From positions 1 to 37,147 of the forward strand of contig JAUWTX010000001.1 of NCBI GenBank assembly GCA_030614505.1: DNA of 37,147 bases. Reading direction: 5' to 3'. The stretch comes from Desulfuromonadales bacterium (GTDB lineage: Bacteria; Desulfobacterota; Desulfuromonadia; Desulfuromonadales; BM103). Below, in pieces: positions 36,401 through 37,147 of this stretch. The notes under the pieces are model-generated. The model ran no database searches. It was not told where the DNA came from and was given only the letters and a program-made list of their open reading frames with translations. Position numbers and translations under genes: made by a program. How positions within the stretch are numbered: the first letter of the stretch is position 1; every line of letters starts with the position of its first letter.

Positions 36401-37147
36401 GTCGCTGATGTCACCAGATTCGTCAAATCCGGCTGAGAATTCTTCGATCTTGGCTGTGCTGTCAAACTTCACCCGGATAGCGGCGGTTTCACCAGGTTCG
36501 TCTGTTAAGCCATTGCCGTTGTTGTCCTCACCATCACTGCCAGGTGGGAATTCTGCAATCGGATCGTCAGGCAGTTCGATCAGACGGTCGAAGGACCGTC
36601 CGGTATTGTTGATACGTACGGTGATAGCACCCTGAATCGTCAGACCATCAAGACCGACAAAGCTGGCCTCGCCGTAGGCATAAACAGCATAGAGGCTGCC
36701 ACCAGTCGAGGTGGTTGAACTCAGTTTGATGACACCAAGTGTAGCATTCTGGACAAGCAGGCCGATGGCACCGTCAATCAGTTCACCATCCTCACCGCGA
36801 ACCTCAGCGCTGTCCGGTACGTAGCCCATGAAAATTTCGACATTACGGGCACCGTACAGAGTCTCATCTCCAATGGTCTGGATAGTGAAATCGCCCTGCA
36901 GGGAGAAGAACGGAGGGAATTCGAGGGTTGCGTTAAGAATCGCGAAACGCACCACGTTTTCTTCACCGGCACCGAACTTGATCGCTATGTTCTGCCCACC
37001 GACGCTGATCGTCTGATCAATGATCTTGCCTGTGTTGTTGATTTCGAGGATAACATCACCGCCGGCCGAGGCAATACCGAGATCAATATCGGTAGTCAGA
37101 CGCATCGCACCTGCAAAACCTTCAGGCAGAAAAACGAAACCGCCCGC
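2..37147 (-). CDS. Giant (>12,382 aa, partial at both ends) RTX/Calx-beta/PPC repeat-rich secreted or surface protein, resembling LEPR-XLL-type giant proteins
   Basis: Codons occupy + positions 3k+2..3k+4. Hand translation gives coherent protein at both ends (37147: AGGFVFLPEGFAGAMRL...; near 2: ...EGAITYQADGLANFAEGITI) and in every internal line checked, with no stop. None of the listed minus-strand ORFs is in this frame, although an in-frame Met lies at 37103-37105. Any internal stop should therefore have produced a listed ORF. 37146/3 = 12,382 codons. Confidence 0.96.
480..1380 (-). repeat. Repeat A array (3 copies of the ~100-aa GxPxxGExW / DTLxxIA module)
   Basis: Anchors LSGTAAADDIY (~1268), LSGTPLAGEVW (~977), YGLPVDGDVW (~728). 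Confidence 0.8.
1400..1725 (-). other. Intact EVQ-type domain (xVQTVxVxATGGxFTL...AYDATAxxxxxAL...VxV...FxITFQG)
   Basis: NVQTVAVEATGGYFTLSF...TTNNIAYDATALDFYKALSKLF...DNVAVSKFDNVFQITFQG. Confidence 0.7.
2009..8944 (-). repeat. Repeat A array (~23 copies, several nested in each other)
   Basis: Trp anchors counted near 2213, 2504, 2816, 3113, 3530, 3686, 3959, 4418, 4508, 4823, 5153, 5462, 5999, 6311, 6404, 6680, 7208, 7313, 7607, 7925, 8243, 8525, 8867 (e.g. GTPVAGEDW, GTPTVGDTW, GDPVAGEIW). Confidence 0.88.
9010..9830 (-). other. Beta-helix spine segment carrying one permuted repeat A insert (9095-9415)
   Basis: EQVDVMNIYHGNSPSNDNGVLTENSLTGLGM...GIIYYGLEVLNVDLGAGNDNFTIESTHAGATYLNSGAGDDVVNVETISG...INGLLTISGGG [insert] DVLNVDDSGEIDPNTGTLTERTLTGLDM. 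Confidence 0.8.
9870..12915 (-). repeat. Repeat A array (~10 copies)
   Basis: Trp anchors near 10118, 10436, 10727, 11018, 11252, 11489, 11834, 12140, 12353, 12737 (e.g. LSGTPVVGETWSVQL...GDTLETIAMGLAELIN). Confidence 0.85.
13380..14395 (-). repeat. Repeat A array (~3 copies)
   Basis: Anchors GEYWIV (~14337), PVAGETWTI (~14009), GELWTL (~13610). Confidence 0.75.
14630..14785 (-). other. Small beta module (IxIxxGxGxGQxxxIxxYxxxT...W...PxxxSxYxI type)
   Basis: LKDKVLTIVEEDGKGQVAVITEYDSQTSAYTLTPLNDWEFLPETDSRYEI. Confidence 0.6.
14807..18088 (-). other. PPC/DVUA0089-like domain 2, split by a 2.6-kb repeat A array
   Basis: N-half EDEDRNDTAQELD...TTPYTVIQ...DTYSFIINREML (17855-18088); C-half VVFDIDH...DKGSETFFDPFLEYTF...FRIRVTS...YRLITSIQRH (14807-15226). 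Confidence 0.75.
15227..17854 (-). repeat. Repeat A array (~8 more divergent copies)
   Basis: Trp anchors near 15461, 15803, 16139, 16427, 16727, 17039, 17417, 17747. Confidence 0.75.
18128..18676 (-). other. PPC/DVUA0089-like beta-sandwich domain 1 (intact)
   Basis: HDSVFNAQDIDTSKWNTNANPNITLATELPHLTILGTGDGNADFYQFEI...VVFDIDHG...DPGSPLFWDDYLEYNFEQSGVYFIEV...GADYQLHISIEEH. Matches my recall of PPC-like domains in giant planctomycete-type surface proteins. Confidence 0.72.
18720..20275 (-). repeat. Repeat A array (~5 copies)
   Basis: Anchors near 18842, 19130 (Trp lost), 19448, 19688, 20219. Confidence 0.72.
20366..22400 (-). other. Calx-beta-like domain 2 (last strand displaced by insert)
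   Basis: DVYRIVLTKAPTGTVVV...VSFNADNWNIPVSITIAAEEDFDKEATHYSRINHEV (22020-22280); the closing strand DVRIIDND appears only at ~20366-20389. Confidence 0.72.
20420..21990 (-). repeat. Repeat A array (~5 copies) inserted in Calx-beta-like domain 2
   Basis: Anchors near 20465, 20945, 21119, 21458, 21855 (GVPVAGDLW, GTPQVGENW). Confidence 0.75.
22405..22805 (-). other. Calx-beta-like domain 1 (intact)
   Basis: RVFED...NTYMVVLTRAPEDNV...LLFTRTNWFIPQMITVTAPDDMLAEG...IQHKV...YDGL...VVVEVVDDD, a typical LxFTxxNWxxPQxVTVxAxDD signature. Confidence 0.78.
22950..25520 (-). other. Beta-helix spine with degenerate GxGxD Ca2+ rungs
   Basis: TGNDVINIETIAGRTTVETGGGSDIVRVG; MGDGNDIVRVN; GRDGNDTFVLDDN; FGDAGNDTFQIG; RGFLSNGISENTTLFGGVGNDNFTVYSNKAELFLFGDEDDDTFTVRAF; DGGDGFDTLTVIGTEFGDDFVI. 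Confidence 0.82.
25520..26530 (-). repeat. RTX (hemolysin-type Ca2+-binding) nonapeptide clusters
   Basis: GGAGDDHIY, GGTGNDVFI, then tandem GGDDEDKIY-GGKGNDIIT-GGDGNDEIY-GRGGTDDID-GQGGDDLIR (26150-26284). Second cluster GQGGNDTID...GGAGNDRII-GSPYNDVID-SGVGNDRVT-GETGLDTFY (25520-25700). Confidence 0.92.
26770..29560 (-). other. Hydrophobic amphipathic beta-strand segment III
   Basis: Continuous G/F/L/I/K-rich alternating strands, e.g. IEGRFEFSIRPDSVEIKALARMKLLG, ending AKATLEFLFFDVSVSMSFTLG. Confidence 0.65.
29600..33215 (-). repeat. Ig-like repeat B array (~10 copies, ~110-150 aa)
   Basis: Recurrent YIDVxF...DxxSIxD...EFxL...AP...TFRY(W/F)...GxVxxxF...SW, with copies near 33200, 32800, 32460, 31990, 31620, 31300, 31000, 30630, 30300, 29940. 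Confidence 0.82.
33250..35280 (-). other. Hydrophobic amphipathic beta-strand segment II
   Basis: e.g. GSILEFDDIRIGVTDFELTFG, SFKWPAWLPIRITELGITW, FFVGVEGGFSFSGVGGFTIRFAISELGPLGVFISA. Confidence 0.65.
35335..36115 (-). repeat. Ig-like repeat B (2 copies)
   Basis: PTADLAGP...YLYVVF...SIEDAGQEFSI...TFRY...VSFLANSWSD; PYAILANP...RYIDVTF...EIKL...TYRF...GEISVQFVASSW. Confidence 0.8.
36130..37147 (-). other. Hydrophobic amphipathic beta-strand segment I (continues beyond window)
   Basis: GDVILEINNTGKIIDQTI...FFSLQGDFTI...GAITVRINNTGRSFDRLI...IFTLEGAVRFTK. Confidence 0.62.

Noticed and set aside
262-36972. Short minus-strand ORFs in the track
   Set aside because: All are in alternative frames overlapping the giant CDS and give R/S/P-rich non-protein-like sequence.
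116-37016. All other plus-strand ORFs (e.g. 4883-5731, 7565-8518, 18527-19480, 29171-29887)
   Set aside because: Antisense shadows. Those in register with the real codons stay open because TTA/CTA/TCA codons are uncommon in the sense frame.
2-37147. Prophage/tailocin locus, a gene symbol, or a taxonomic assignment
   Set aside because: The sheath-like motifs are sub-domains of one continuous ORF, not separate phage genes. No specific named gene or host can be supported from this fragment.

Overview
The whole window is an internal fragment of one giant gene on the minus strand. The frame runs 37147 down to 2 (12,382 codons) with neither start nor stop inside the window, so the ORF track misses it and lists only shadow ORFs. 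The protein is acidic, Cys-poor and looks like a secreted or surface Ca2+-binding (RTX-type) giant protein. From N to C it contains: three hydrophobic amphipathic beta-strand segments, about 12 Ig-like repeats, RTX nonapeptide clusters and a degenerate beta-helix 'spine', Calx-beta-like domains, PPC/DVUA0089-like domains, EVQ-type domains, and about 55-60 diverged copies of a ~100-aa module (GxPxxGExW...DTLxxIAxxLAxxIN; 'repeat A'). The most striking point is recursive, Russian-doll domain insertion. Arrays of 2.6-8.6 kb sit inside loops of domains whose intact sister copies occur in the same protein, repeats are inserted into repeats, and some inserts are circularly permuted. This implies a branched rather than beads-on-a-string protein. 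Translations were done by hand, sub-feature coordinates are approximate, and family names are from recall and need HMM or structure confirmation. No RNA genes, CRISPR arrays or mobile elements were seen.
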